A stretch of 64,000 bases of DNA from the human T2T-CHM13v2.0 reference genome, Homo sapiens: the NCBI RefSeq assembly GCF_009914755.1, contig NC_060946.1; one strand, written 5' to 3'. Both the position numbers and the translations under genes were made by a program. This document shows positions 31,590 to 48,400 of the stretch, one piece after another (within the stretch, counting starts at the first letter, position 1; the number at the start of each line of letters is the position of its first letter). The notes under the pieces are model-generated. The model was given only the letters and a program-made list of their open reading frames with translations. It did not search any database and was not told the DNA's origin.

Positions 31590-34500
31590 TACTGTACATA
31601 AAATATGAAATTACATCAAATATATATTTTATTCTGTACATAAAATATCAAAGTACACCAGATATATATTCTATAGTGTACATAAAATTACAAAGTACAC
31701 AAACTATACATTATATACTGTACATAAAATATGAAATTACATCAAATATATATTAGGTACATAAAATATGAAAGTACATCAAATATAGATTATATACTCT
31801 ACATAAAATATCAAAGTACCCCAAATATATATTTTGTACTCTACATGAAATATCAAAGTTCACAAACCATATATTGTATAGTGTACATAAAATATCAAAG
31901 TACCCAAGGTATATATTCTATACTGTACAAAAAATATCAAAGTACCCAAAGCCTGTATTATATACTGTACATAAAATATGAAAGTACATCAAATATATAT
32001 TTTATTCTGTTCATAAAATATCAAAGTACACCAGATATATATTCTATAGTGTACATAAAATATCAAAGTACCCAAACTATACATTATATACTGTACATAA
32101 AATATGAAATTACATCAAATATATATTATATTAGGTACATAAAATATGAAAGTACATCAAATATAGATTATATACTGTACATAAAATATCAAAGTACCCC
32201 AAATATATATTATATAGTGTACATGAAATATCAAACTTCACAAACTATATATTATATACTGTACATAAAATAGCAAAGTACCCAAGGTATATATTCTATC
32301 CTGTACAAAAAATATCAAAGTACCCAAAGCATGTATTATATACTGTATATAAAATATGAAAGTACATCAAATATAGATTTTATTCTGTACATAAAATATC
32401 AAAGTGCACCAGATATATATTCTATAGTGTACATAAAATAAAAAAGTACAAAAACTATAAATTATATACTGTACATAAAATATGAAATTACATCAAATAT
32501 ATATTGGTACATAAAATATGAAAGTACATCCAATATAGATTATATACTGTACATAAAATATCAATGTACCACAAATATATATTTTATACTCTACATGAAA
32601 TATCAAAGTTCACAAACCATATATTATATACTGTACATAAAATATCAAAGTACCCAAGGTATATATTCTATACTGTACAAAAAATATCAAAGTACCCAAA
32701 GCATGTATTATATACTGTACATAAAATATGAAAGTACATCAAATATATATTTTATTCTGTACATAAAATATCAAAGTACACCAGATATATATTCTATAGT
32801 GTACATAAAATATCAAAGTACCCAAACTATACATTATATACTGTACATAAAATATGAAATTACATCAAATATATATTATATTAGGTACATAAAATATGAA
32901 AGTACATCAAATATAGATTATATACTGTACATAAAATATCAAAGTACCCCAAATATATATTATATACTGTATATGAAATATCAAAGTTCACAAACTATAT
33001 ATTATATACTGTACATAAAATATTAAAGTACCCAAGGTATATATTCTATACTGCACAAAAAAATCAAAGTACCCAAAGCATGTATTATATACTGTATATA
33101 AAATATGAAAGTACATCAAATATATATTTTATTCTGTACATTATATATCAAAGTACACCAGATATATATTCTATAGTGTACATAAAATAACAAAGTACAC
33201 AAACTATACATTATATACTGTACATAAAATATGAAATTACATCAAATATATGTTAGGTACATAAAATATGAAAGTACATCAAATATAGATTATATACTGT
33301 ACATAAAATATCAATGTACCCCAAATATATATTTTATACTCTACATGAAATATCAAAGTTCACAAACCATATATTGTATACTGTACATAAAATATCAAAG
33401 TACCAAAGGTATGTATTCTATACTGTACAAAAAATATCAAAGTACCCAAAGCGTGTATTATATACTGTACATAAAATATGAAAGTACATCAAAAATATAT
33501 ATTTAATTCTGTACATAAAATATCAAAGTACACCAGATATATATTCTATAGTGTACATAAAATATCAAAGTACCCAAACTATTTATTATATACTGTACAT
33601 AAAATATGAAATTACATCAAATATATATTATATTAGGAACATAAAATACGAAAGTACATCAAATATAGATTATATACTGTACATAAAATATCAAAGTACC
33701 CCAAATATATATTATATACTCTACATGAAATATCAAAATTCACAAACTATATATTATATACTGTACATAAAATATCAAAGTACCCAAGGTATATATTCTA
33801 TACTGTACAAAAAATATCAAAGTACCCAAAGCATGTATTATATACTGTATATAAAATATGAAAGCACATCAAATATATATTTTATTCTGTACATAAAATA
33901 TCAAGGTACACCAGATATATATTCTATAGTGTACATAAAATATCAAAGTATGCAAACTATACATTATATACTGTACATAAAATATGAAATCACATCAAAT
34001 ATATATTATATTAGGTACATAAAATATGAAAGTACATCAAATATAGATTATATACTGTACATTAAATACCAAAGTACCCCAAATGTATATTTTATACTGT
34101 ACATGAAATATCAAAGTTCACAAACTATATGTTATATACTGTACATAAAATATCAAAGTACCCGAAGTATATATTCTATACTGTACAAAAAATATCAAAG
34201 TACCCAAAGCATGTATTATATACTGTACATAAAATATGAAAGTACATCAAATATATATTTTATTCTGTACATAAAATATCAAAGTACACCAGATATATAT
34301 TCTATAGTGTACATAAAATATAAAAGTACCCAAACTATACATTATATACTGTACATAAAATATGAAATTACATCAAATATATTTTATATTAGGTACATAA
34401 AATATGAAAGTACATCAAATATAGATTATATACTGTACATTAAATACCAAAGTACCCCAAATATATATTTTATACTGTACATGAAATATCAAAGTTCACA

Positions 34501-37500
34501 AACTACATATTATATACTGTACATATAATATCAAAGTACCCGAGGTATATATTCTATACTGTACAAAAAATAACAAAGTACCAAAAGCATGTAATATATA
34601 CTGTACCTAAAATATGAAAGTACATCAAATATATATTTTATTCTTTACATAAAATATCAAAGTACACCAGATATATATTCTATAGTGTACATAAAATATC
34701 AAAGTACCCAAACTATACATTATATACTGTACATAAAATATGAAATTACATCAAATATATATTAGGTACATAAAATATGAAAGTACATCAAATATAGATT
34801 ATATACTGTACATAAAATATCAAAGTACCCCAAATATATATTATATACTGTACATGAAATATCAGAGTTCACAAACTATATATTATATACTGTACATAAA
34901 ATATCAAAGTACCCAAGGTATATATTCTATACTGTACAAAAAATATCAAAGTACCCAAAGCATGTATTATATACTGTACATAAAATATGAAAGTACATCA
35001 AATATATATTTTATTCTGTACATAATATATCAAAGTACACCAGATATATATTCTATAGTGTACATAAAATATCAAAGTACCCAAACTATTTATTATATAC
35101 TGTACATGAAATATGAAATTACATCAAATATATATTATATTAGGTACATAAAATATGAAAGTACATCAAATATAGATTATATACTGTACATTAAATACCA
35201 AAGTACCCCAAATATATATTTTATACTGTACATGAAATATCAAAGTTCACAAACTATATATTATATACTGTACATAAAATATCAAAGTACCCAAGGTATA
35301 TATTCTATACTGTACAAAAAATATCAAAGTACCCACAGCATGTATTATATACTGTACATAAAATATGAAAGTACATCAAATATATATATTATTCTGTACA
35401 TAAAATATCAAAGTACACCAGATATATATTCCATAGTGTACATAAAATATCAAAGTACCCAAACTATACATTATATACTGTACATAAAATATGAAATTAC
35501 ATCAAATTTATATTAGGTACATAAAATATGAAAGTACATCAAATATAGATTATATACTGTACATAAAATATCAAAGTACCCCAAATATATATTATATACT
35601 CTACATGAAATATCAGAGTTCACAAACTATATATTATATACTGTACATAAAATATCAAAGTACCCAAGGTATATATTCTATACTGTACAAAAAATATCAA
35701 AGTACCCAAAGCATGTATTATATACTGTACATAAAATATGAAAGTACATCAAATACATATTTTATTCTGTACATAAAATATCAAAGTACACCAGATATAT
35801 ATTCTATAGTGTACATAAAATAACAAAGTACAAAAACTATAAAATATATACTTTACATAAAATATGAAATTACATCAAATATATATTAAGTACATAAAAT
35901 ATGAAAGTACATCAAATATATATTATATACTGTACATAAAATATCAAAGTACCCAAGGTATATATTCTATACTGTACAAAAAATATCAAAGTACCCAAAG
36001 CATGTATTATATACTGTACATAAAATATGAAAGTACATCAAATATATATTTTATTCTGTACATAAAATATCAAAGTACACCAGATATATAATCTATAGTG
36101 TACATAAAATATCAAAGTTCCCAGACTATTTATTATATACTGTACATGAAATATGAAATTACATCAAACATATATTATATTAGGTACATAAAATATGAAA
36201 GTACATCAAATATAGATTATATACTGTACATAAAATAACAAAGTACCCCAAATATATATTATATACTCTAAATGAAATATCAAAGTTCACAAACTATATA
36301 TTATATACTGTACATAAAATATCAAAGTACCCAAGGTATATATTCTATACTGTACAAAAAATATCAAAGTACCCAAAGCATGTATTATATACTGTACATA
36401 AAATATGAAATTACATCAAATATATATTTTATTCTGTACATAAAATATCAAAGTACACCAGATATATATTCTATAGTGTACATAAAATTACAAAGTACAC
36501 AAACTATACATTATATACTGTACATAAAATATGAAATTACATCAAATATATATTAGGTACATAAAATATGAAAGTACATCAAATGTAGATTATATACTGT
36601 ACAAAAAATATCAAAGTACCCCAAATATATATTATATACTCTACATGAAATATCAAAGTTCACAAACTATATATTATATACTGTATATAAAATATCAAAG
36701 TACCCAAGGTATATATTCTATACTGTACAAAAAATATCAAAGTTCCCAAAGCATGTATTATATACTGTATATAAAATATGAAAGCACATCAAATATATAT
36801 TTTATTCTGTACATAAAATATCAAAGTACACCAGATATATATTCTATAGTGTACATAAAATATCAAAGTACCCAAACTATACATTATATACTGTACATAA
36901 AATATGAAATTACATCAAATATATATTATATTAGGTACATAAAATATGAAAGTACATCAAATATAGATTATATACTGTACATAAAATATCAAAGTACCCC
37001 AAATATATATTATATACTCTACATGAAATATCAAAGTTCCCAAACTATATATTATATACTGTACATAAAATATCAAAGTACCCAAGGTATATATTCTATA
37101 ATGTAAAAAAAATATCAAAGTACCCAAAGCATGTATTATATCCTGTACATAAAATATGAAAGTACATCAAGTATATATTTTATTCTGTACATAAAATATC
37201 AAAGTACACCAGATATATATTCTATAGTGTACATAAAATAACAAAGTACAGAAACTATACATTATATACTGTACATAAAATATGAAATTACATCAAATAT
37301 ATATTAGGTACATAAAATATGAAAGTACATCAAATATAGGTTATATACTGTCCATAAAATATCAAAGTACCCCAAATATATATTATATACTCTACATGAA
37401 ATATCAAAGTTCACAAACTATATATTATATACTGTACATAAAATATCAAAGTACCCAAAGTATATATTCTATACTGTACAAAAAATATCAAAGTACCCAA

Positions 37501-39400
37501 AGCATGTATTATATACTGTATATAAAATATGAAAGTACATCAAATATATATTTTATTCTGTACATAAAATATAAAAGTACACCAGATATATATTCTATAG
37601 TGTACATAAAATATCAAAGTATGCAAACTATACATTATATACTGTACATAAAATATGAAATCACATCAAATATATATTATATTAGGTACATAAAATATGA
37701 AAGTACATCAAATATAGATTATATACTGTACATTAAATACCAAAGTACCCCAAATATATATTTTATACTGTACATGAAATATCAAAGTTCACAAACTATA
37801 TGTTATATACTGTACATAAAATATCAAAGTACCCGAGGTATATATTCTATACTGTACAAAAAATATCAAAGTACCCAAAGAATGTATTATATACTGTACA
37901 TAATATATGAAAGTACATCAAATATATAATTTATTGTGTACATAAAATATCAAAGTACACCAGATATATATTCTATAGTGTACATAAAATATAAATGTAC
38001 CCAAACTATACATTATATACTGTACATAAAATATGAAATTACATCAAATATATTTTATATTAGGTACATAAAATATGAAAGTACATCAAATATAGATTAT
38101 ATACTGTACATTAAATACCAAAGTACCCCAAATATATATTTTATACTGTACATGAAATATCAAAGTTCACACACTACATATTATATACTGTACATGTAAT
38201 ATCAAAGTACCCGAGGTATATATTCTATACTGTACAAAAAATAACAAAGTACCAAAAGCATGTAATATATACTGTACCTAAAATATGAAAGTACATCAAA
38301 TATATATTTTATTCTTTACATAAAATATCAAAGTACACCAGATATATATTCTATAGTGTACATAAAATATCAAAGTACCCAAACTATACATTATATACTG
38401 TACATAAAATATGAAATTACATCAAATATATATTAGGTACATAAAATATGAAAGTACATCAAATATAGATTATATACTGTACATAAAATATCAAAGTACC
38501 CCAAATATATATTATATACTGTACATGAAATATCAGAGTTCACAAACTATATATTATATACTGTACATAAAATATCAAAGTACCCAAGGTATATATTCTA
38601 TACTGTACAAAAAATATCAAAGTACCCAAAGCATGTATTATATACTGTACATAAAATATGAAAGTACATCAAATATATATTTTATTCTGTACATAAAATA
38701 TCAAAGTACACCAGATATATATTCTATAGTGTACATAAAATATAAAAGTACCCAAACTATACATTATATACTGTACATAAAATATGAAATTACATCAAAT
38801 ATATTTTATATTAGGTACATAAAATATGAAAGTACATCAAATATAGATTATATACTGTACATTAAATACCAAAGTACCCCAAATATATATTTTATACTGT
38901 ACATGAAATATCAAAGTTCACACACTACATATTATATACTGTACATATAATATCAAAGTACCCGAGGTATATATTCTATAGTGTACAAAAAATAACAAAG
39001 TACCAAAAGCATGTAATATATACTGTACCTAAAATATGAAAGTACATCAAATATATATTTTATTCTTTACATAAAATATCAAAGTACACCAGATATATAT
39101 TCTATAGTGTACATAAAATATCAAAGTACCCAAACTATACATTATATACTGTACATAAAATATGAAATTACATCAAATATATATTAGGTACATAAAATAT
39201 GAAAGTACATCAAATATAGATTATATACTGTACATAAAATATCAAAGTACCCCAAATATATATTATATACTGTACATGAAATATCAGAGTTCACAAACTA
39301 TATATTATATACTGTACATAAAATATCAAAGTACCCAAGGTATATATTCTATACTGTACAAAAAATATCAAAGTACCCAAAGCATGTATTATATACTGTA
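31590..39400 (+). repeat. Long-range duplicate of about 15360-23700 (offsets 16233, 16982, 15686)
   Basis: ORF pair 15498/31731 and GTGCAC 16171/32404 are offset 16233. Pairs 16249/33231, 16569/33551, 17758/34740, 18882/35864 are offset 16982. Pairs 20586/36272, 20845/36531, 21596/37282, 22725/38411 are offset 15686. Rare variants are shared (AAATGTATATTTT, CTAAATGAAAT, CTGTCCATA, the 7-mer deletion unit). Confidence 0.8.
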
Positions 39401-42400
39401 CATAAAATATGAAAGTACATCAAATACATATTTTATTCTGTACATAAAATATCAAAGTACACCAGATATATATTCTATAGTGTACATAAAATAACAAAGT
39501 ACAAAAACTATAAAATATATACTTTACATAAAATATGAAATTACATCAAATATATATTAAGTACATAAAATATGAAAGTACATCAAATATAGATTATATA
39601 CTGTACATAAAATATCAATGTACCCCAAATATATATGTTATACTCTACATGAAATATCAAAGTTCACAAACCATATATTATATACTGTACATAAAATATC
39701 AAAGTACCCAAGTTATATATTCTATACTATACAAAAAATATCAAAGTACCCAAAGCATGTATTATATACTGTACATAAAATATGAAAGTACATCAAATAT
39801 ATATTTTATTCTTTACATAAAATATCAAAGTACACCAGATATATATTCTATAGTGTACATAAAATATCAAAGTACCCAAACTATACATTATATACTGTAC
39901 ATAAAATATGAGATTACATCAAATATATATTATATTAGGTACATAAAATATGAAAGTACATCAAATATAGATTATATACTGTACATAAAATATCAAAGTA
40001 CCCCAAATATATATTATATACTCTACGTGAAATATCAAAGTTCACAAACTATATATTATATACTGTACATAAAATATCAAAGTACCCAAGGTATATATTC
40101 TATACTGTACAAAAAATATCAAAGTACCAAAAGCATGTATTATATACTGTACATAAAATATGAAATTACATCAAATATATATTTTATTCTGTACATAAAA
40201 TATCAAAGTACACCAGATATATATTCTATAGTGTACATAAAATTACAAAGTACACAAACTATACATTATATACTGTACATAAAATATGAAATTACATCAA
40301 ATATATATTAGGTACATAAAACATGAAAGTACATCAAATATAGATTATATACTGTACATAAAATATCAAAGTACCCCAAATATATATTATATACTCTACA
40401 TGAAATATCAAAGTTCACAAACTATATATTATATACTGTATATAAAATATCAAAGTACCCAAGGTATATATTCTATACTGTACAAAAAATATCAAAGTAC
40501 CCAAAGCATGTATTATATACTGTATATAAAATATGAAAGCACATCAAATATATATTTTATTCTGTACATAAAATATCAAAGTACACCAGATATATATTCT
40601 ATAGTGTACATAAAATATCAAAGTACCCAAACAATACATTATATACTGTACATAAAATATGAAATTACATCAAATATATATTATATTAGGTACATAAAAT
40701 ATGAAAGTACATCAAATATAGATTATATACTGTACATAAAATATCAAAGTACCCCAAATATATATTATATACTCTACATGAAATATCAAAGTTCACAAAC
40801 TATATATTATATACTGTACATAAAATATCAAAGTACCCAAGGTATATATTCTATAATGTAAAAAAAATATCAAAGTACCCAAAGCATGTATTATATCCTG
40901 TACATAAAATATGAAAGTACATCAAGTATATATTTTATTCTGTACATAATATATCAAAGTACACCAGATATATATTCTATAGTGTACATAAAATAACAAA
41001 GTACAGAAACTATACATTATATACTGTACATAAAATATGAAATTACATCAAATATATATTAGGTACATAAAATATGAAAGTACATCAAATATAGGTTATA
41101 TACTGTACATAAAATATCAAAGTACCCCAAATATATATTATATACTCTACATGAAATATCAAAGTTCACAAACTATATATTATATACTGTACATAAAATA
41201 TCAAAGTACCCAAAGTATATATTCAATACTGTACAAAAAATATCAAAGTACCCAAAGCATGTATTATATACTGTATATAAAATATGAAAGTACATCAAAT
41301 ATATATTTTATTCTGTACATAAAATATAAAAGTACACCAGATATATATTCTATAGTGTACATAAAATATCAAAGTATGCAAACTATACATTATATACTGT
41401 ACATAAAATATGAAATCACATCAAATATATATTATATTAGGTACATAAAATATGAAAGTACATCAAATATAGATTATATACTGTACATTAAATACCAAAG
41501 TACCCCAAATATATATTTTATACTGTACATGAAATATCAAAGTTCACAAACTATATGTTATATACTGTACATAAAATATCAAAGTACCCGAGGTATATAT
41601 TCTATACTGTACAAAAAATATCAAAGTACCCAAAGCATGTATTATATACTGTACATAATATATGAAAGTACATCAAATATATATTTTATTCTGTACATAA
41701 AATATCAAAGTACACCAGATATATATTCTATAGTGTACATAAAATATAAATGTACCCAAACTATACATTATATACTGTACATAAAATATGAAATTACATC
41801 AAATATATTTTATATTAGGTACATAAAATATGAAAGTACATCAAATATAGATTATATACTGTACATTAAATACCAAAGTACCCCAAATATATATTTTATA
41901 CTGTACATGAAATATCAAAGTTCACACACTACATATTATATACTGTACATGTAATATCAAAGTACCCGAGGTATATATTCTATACTGTACAAAAAATAAC
42001 AAAGTACCAAAAGCATGTAATATATACTGTACCTAAAATATGAAAGTACATCAAATATATATTTTATTCTTTACATAAAATATCAAAGTACACCAGATAT
42101 ATATTCTATAGTGTACATAAAATATCAAAGTACCCAAACTATACATTATATACTGTACATAAAATATGAAATTACATCAAATATATATTAGGTACATAAA
42201 ATATGAAAGTACATCAAATATAGATTATATACTGTACATAAAATATCAAAGTACCCCAAATATATATTATATACTGTACATGAAATATCAGAGTTCACAA
42301 ACTATATATTATATACTGTACATAAAATATCAAAGTACCCAAGGTATATATTCTATACTGTACAAAAAATATCAAAGTACCCAAAGCATGTATTATATAC

Positions 42401-45400
42401 TGTACATAAAATATGAAAGTACATCAAATATATATTTTATTCTGTACATAAAATATCAAAGTACACCAGATATATATTCTATAGTGTACATAAAATATAA
42501 AAGTACCCAAACTATACATTATATACTGTACATAAAATATGAAATTACATCAAATATATTTTATATTAGGTACATAAAATATGAAAGTACATCAAATATA
42601 GATTATATACTGTACATTAAATACCAAAGTACCCCAAATATATATTTTATACTGTACATGAAATATCAAAGTTCACACACTACATATTATATACTGTACA
42701 TATAATATCAAAGTACCCGAGGTATATATTCTATAGTGTACAAAAAATAACAAAGTACCAAAAGCATGTAATATATACTGTACCTAAAATATGAAAGTAC
42801 ATCAAATATATATTTTATTCTTTACATAAAATATCAAAGTACACCAGATATATATTCTATAGTGTACATAAAATATCAAAGTACCCAAACTATACATTAT
42901 ATACTGTACATAAAATATGAAATTACATCAAATATATATTAGGTACATAAAATATGAAAGTACATCAAATATAGATTATATACTGTACATAAAATATCAA
43001 AGTACCCCAAATATATATTATATACTGTACATGAAATATCAGAGTTCACAAACTATATATTATATACTGTACATAAAATATCAAAGTACCCAAGGTATAT
43101 ATTCTATACTGTACAAAAAATATCAAAGTACCCAAAGCATGTATTATATACTGTACATAAAATATGAAAGTACATCAAATATATATTTTATTCTGTACAT
43201 AAAATATCAAAGTACACCAGATATATATTCTATAGTGTACATAAAATAACAAATTACAAAAACTATAAAATATATACTGTACATAAAATATGAAATTACA
43301 TCAAATATATATTAAGTACATAAAATATGAAAGTACATCAAATATAGATTATATACTGTACATAAAATATCAATGTACCCCAAATATATATGTTATACTC
43401 TACATGAAATATCAAAGTTCACAAACCATATATTATATACTGTACATAAAATATCAAAGTACCCAAGTTATATATTCTATACTATACAAAAAATATCAAA
43501 GTACCCAAAGCATGTATTATATACTGTACATAAAATATGAAAGTACATCAAATATATATTTTATTCTTTACATAAAATATCAAAGTACACCAGATATATA
43601 TTCTATAGTGTACATAAAATATCAAAGTACCCAAACTATACATTATATACTGTACATAAAATATGAGATTACATCAAATATATATTATATTAGGTACATA
43701 AAATATGAAAGTACATCAAATATAGATTATACACTGTACATAAAATATCAAAGTACCCCAAATATATATTATATACTCTACGTGAAATATCAAAGTTCAC
43801 AAACTATATATTATATACTGTACATAAAATATCAAAGTACCCAAGGTATATATTCTATACTGTACAAAAAATATCAAAGTACCCAAAGCATGTATTATAT
43901 ACTGTACATAAAATATGAAATTACATCAAATATATATTTTATTCTGTACATAAAATATCAAAGTACACCAGATATATATTCTATAGTGTACATAAAATTA
44001 CAAAGTACACAAACTATACATTATATACTGTACATAAAATATGAAATTACATCAAATATATATTAGGTACATAAAATATGAAAGTACATCAAATATAGAT
44101 TATATACTGTACATAAAATATCAAAGTACCCCAAATATATATTATATACTCTACATGAAATATCAAAGTTCACAAACTATATATTATATACTGTATATAA
44201 AATATCAAAGTACCCAAGGTATATATTCTATACTGTACAAAAAATATCAAAGTACCCAAAGCATGTATTATATACTGTATATAAAATATGAAAGCACATC
44301 AAATATATATTTTATTCTGTACATAAAATATCAAAGTACACCAGATATATATTCTATAGTGTACATAAAATATCAAAGTACCCAAACTATACATTATATA
44401 CTGTACATAAAATATGAAATTACATCAAATATATATTATATTAGGTACATAAAATATGAAAGTACATCAAATATAGATTATATACTGTACATAAAATATC
44501 AAAGTACCCCAAATATATATTATATACTCTACATGAAATATCAAAGTTCACAAACTATATATTATATACTGTACATAAAATATCAAAGTACCCAAGGTAT
44601 ATATTCTATAATGTAAAAAAAATATCAAAGTACCCAAAGCATGTATTATATCGTGTACATAAAATATGAAAGTACATCAAGTATATATTTTATTCTGTAC
44701 ATAAAATATCAAAGTACACCAGATATATATTCTATAGTGTACATAAAATAACAAAGTACAGAAACTATACATTATATACTGTACATAAAATATGAAATTA
44801 CATCAAATATATATTAGGTACATAAAATATGAAAGTACATCAAATATAGGTTATATACTGTACATAAAATATCAAAGTACCCCAAATATATATTATATAC
44901 TCTACATGAAATATCAAAGTTCACAAACTATATATTATATACTGTACATAAAATATCAAAGTACCCAAAGTATATATTCTATACTGTACAAAAAATATCA
45001 AAGTACCCAAAGCATGTATTATATACTGTATATAAAATATGAAAGTACATCAAATATATATTTTATTCTGTACATAAAATATAAAAGTACACCAGATATA
45101 TATTCTATAGTGTACATAAAATATCAAAGTATGCAAACTATACATTATATACTGTACATAAAATATGAAATCACATCAAATATATATTATATTAGGTACA
45201 TAAAATATGAAAGTACATCAAATATAGATTATATACTGTACATTAAATACCAAAGTACCCCAAATATATATTTTATACTGTACATGAAATATCAAAGTTT
45301 ACAAACTATATGTTATATACTGTACATAAAATATCAAAGTACCCGAGGTATATATTCTATACTGTACAAAAAATATCAAAGTACCCAAAGCATGTATTAT

Positions 45401-48400
45401 ATACTGTACATAATATATGAAAGTACATCAAATATATATTTTATTCTGTACATAAAATATCAAAGTACAGCAGATATATATTCTATAGTGTACATAAAAT
45501 ATAAAAGTACCCAAACTATACATTATATACTGTACATAAAATATGAAATTACATCAAATATATTTTATATTAGGTACATAAAATATGAAAGTACATCAAA
45601 TATAGATTATATACTGTACATTAAATACCAAAGTACCCCAAATATATATTTTAAACTGTACATGAAATATCAAAGTTCACACACTACATATTATATACTG
45701 TACATATAATATCAAAGTACCCGAGGTATATATTCTATACTGTACAAAAAATAACAAAGTACCAAAAGCATGTAATATATACTGTACCTAAAATATGAAA
45801 GTACATCAAATATATATTTTATTGTTTACATAAAATATCAAAGTACACCAGATATATATTCTATAGTGTACATAAAATATCAAAGTACCCAAACTATACA
45901 TTATATACTGTACATAAAATATGAAATTACATCAAATATATATTAGGTACATAAAATATGAAAGTACATCATATATAGATTATATACTGTACATAAAATA
46001 TCAAAGTACCCCAAATATATATTATATACTGTACATGAAATATCAGAGTTCACAAACTATATATTATATACTGTACATAAAATATCAAAGTACCCAAGGT
46101 ATATATTCTATACTGTACAAAAAATATCAAAGTACCCAAAGCATGTATTATATACTGTACATAAAATATGAAAGTACATCAAATATATATTTTATTCTGT
46201 ACATAAAATATCAAAGTACACCAGATATATATTCTATAGTGTACATAAAATATAAAAGTACCCAAACTATACATTATATACTGTACATAAAATATGAAAT
46301 TACATCAAATATATTTTATATTAGGTACATAAAATATGAAAGTACATCAAATATAGATTATATACTGTACATTAAATACCAAAGTACCCCAAATATATAT
46401 TTTATACTGTACATGAAATATCAAAGTTCACACACTACATATTATATACTGTACATATAATATCAAAGTACCCGAGGTATATATTCTATACTGTACAAAA
46501 AATAACAAAGTACCAAAAGCATGTAATATATACTGTACCTAAAATATGAAAGTACATCAAATATATATTTTATTCTTTACATAAAATATCAAAGTACACC
46601 AGATATATATTCTATAGTGTACATAAAATATCAAAGTACCCAAACTATACATTATATACTGTACATAAAATATGAAATTACATCAAATATATATTAGGTA
46701 CATAAAATATGAAAGTACATCAAATATAGATTATATACTGTACATAAAATATCAAAGTACCCGAAATATATATTATATACTGTACATGAAATATCAGAGT
46801 TCACAAACTATATATTATATACTGTACATAAAATATCAAAGTACCCAAGGTATATATTCTATACTGTACAAAAAATATCAAAGTACCCAAAGCATGTATT
46901 ATATACTGTGCATAAAATATGAAAGTACATCAAATATATATTTTATTCTGTACATAATATATCAAAGTACACCAGATATATATTCTATAGTGTACATAAA
47001 ATATCAAAGTACCCAAACTATTTATTATATACTGTACATGAAATATGAAATTACATCAAATATATATTATATTAGGTACATAAAATATGAAAGTACATCA
47101 AATATAGATTATATACTGTACATTAAATACCAAAGTACCCCAAATATATATTTTATACTGTACATGAAATATCAAAGTTCACAAACTACATATTATATAC
47201 TGTACATATAATATCAAAGTACCCGAGGTATATATTCTATACTGTACAAAAAATAACAAAGTACCAAAAGCATGTAATATATACTGTACCTAAAATATGA
47301 AAGTACATCAAATATATATTTTATTCTTTACATAAAATATCAAAGTACACCAGATATATATTCTATAGTGTACATAAAATATCAAAGTACCCAAACTATA
47401 CATTATATACTGTACATAAAATATGAAATTATATCAAATATATATTAGGTACATAAAATATGAAAGTACATCAAATATAGATTATATACTGTACATAAAA
47501 TATCAAAGTACCCCAAATATATATTATATACTGTACATGAAATATCAGAGTTCACAAACTATATATTATATACTGTACATAAAATATCAAAGTACCCAAG
47601 GTATATATTCTATACTGTACAAAAAATATCAAAGTACCCAAAGCATGTATTATATACTGTACATAAAATATGAAAGTACATCAAATATATATTTTATTCT
47701 GTACATAAAATATCAAAGTACACCAGATATATATTCTATAGTGTACATAAAATAACAAAGTACAAAAACTATAAAATATATACTGTACATAAAATATGAA
47801 ATTACATCAAATATATATTAAGTACATAAAATATGAAAGTACATCAAATATAGATTATATACTGTACATAAAATATCAATGTACCCCAAATATATATGTT
47901 ATACTCTACATGAAATATCAAAGTTCACAAACCATATATTATATACTGTACATAAAATATCAAAGTACCCAAGTTATATATTCTATACTATACAAAAAAT
48001 ATCAAAGTACCCAAAGCATGTATTATATACTGTACATAAAATATGAAAGTACATCAAATATATATTTTATTCTTTACATAAAATATCAAAGTACACCAGA
48101 TATATATTCTATAGTGTACATAAAATATCAAAGTACCCAAACTATACATTATATACTGTACATAAAATATGAGATTACATCAAATATATATTATATTAGG
48201 TACATAAAATATGAAAGTACATCAAATATAGATTATATACTGTACATAAAATATCAAAGTACCCCAAATATATATTATATACTCTACGTGAAATATCAAA
48301 GTTCTCAAACTATATATTATATACTGTACATAAAATATCAAAGTACCCAAGGTATATATTCTATACTGTACAAAAAATATCAACGTACCCAAAGCATGTA

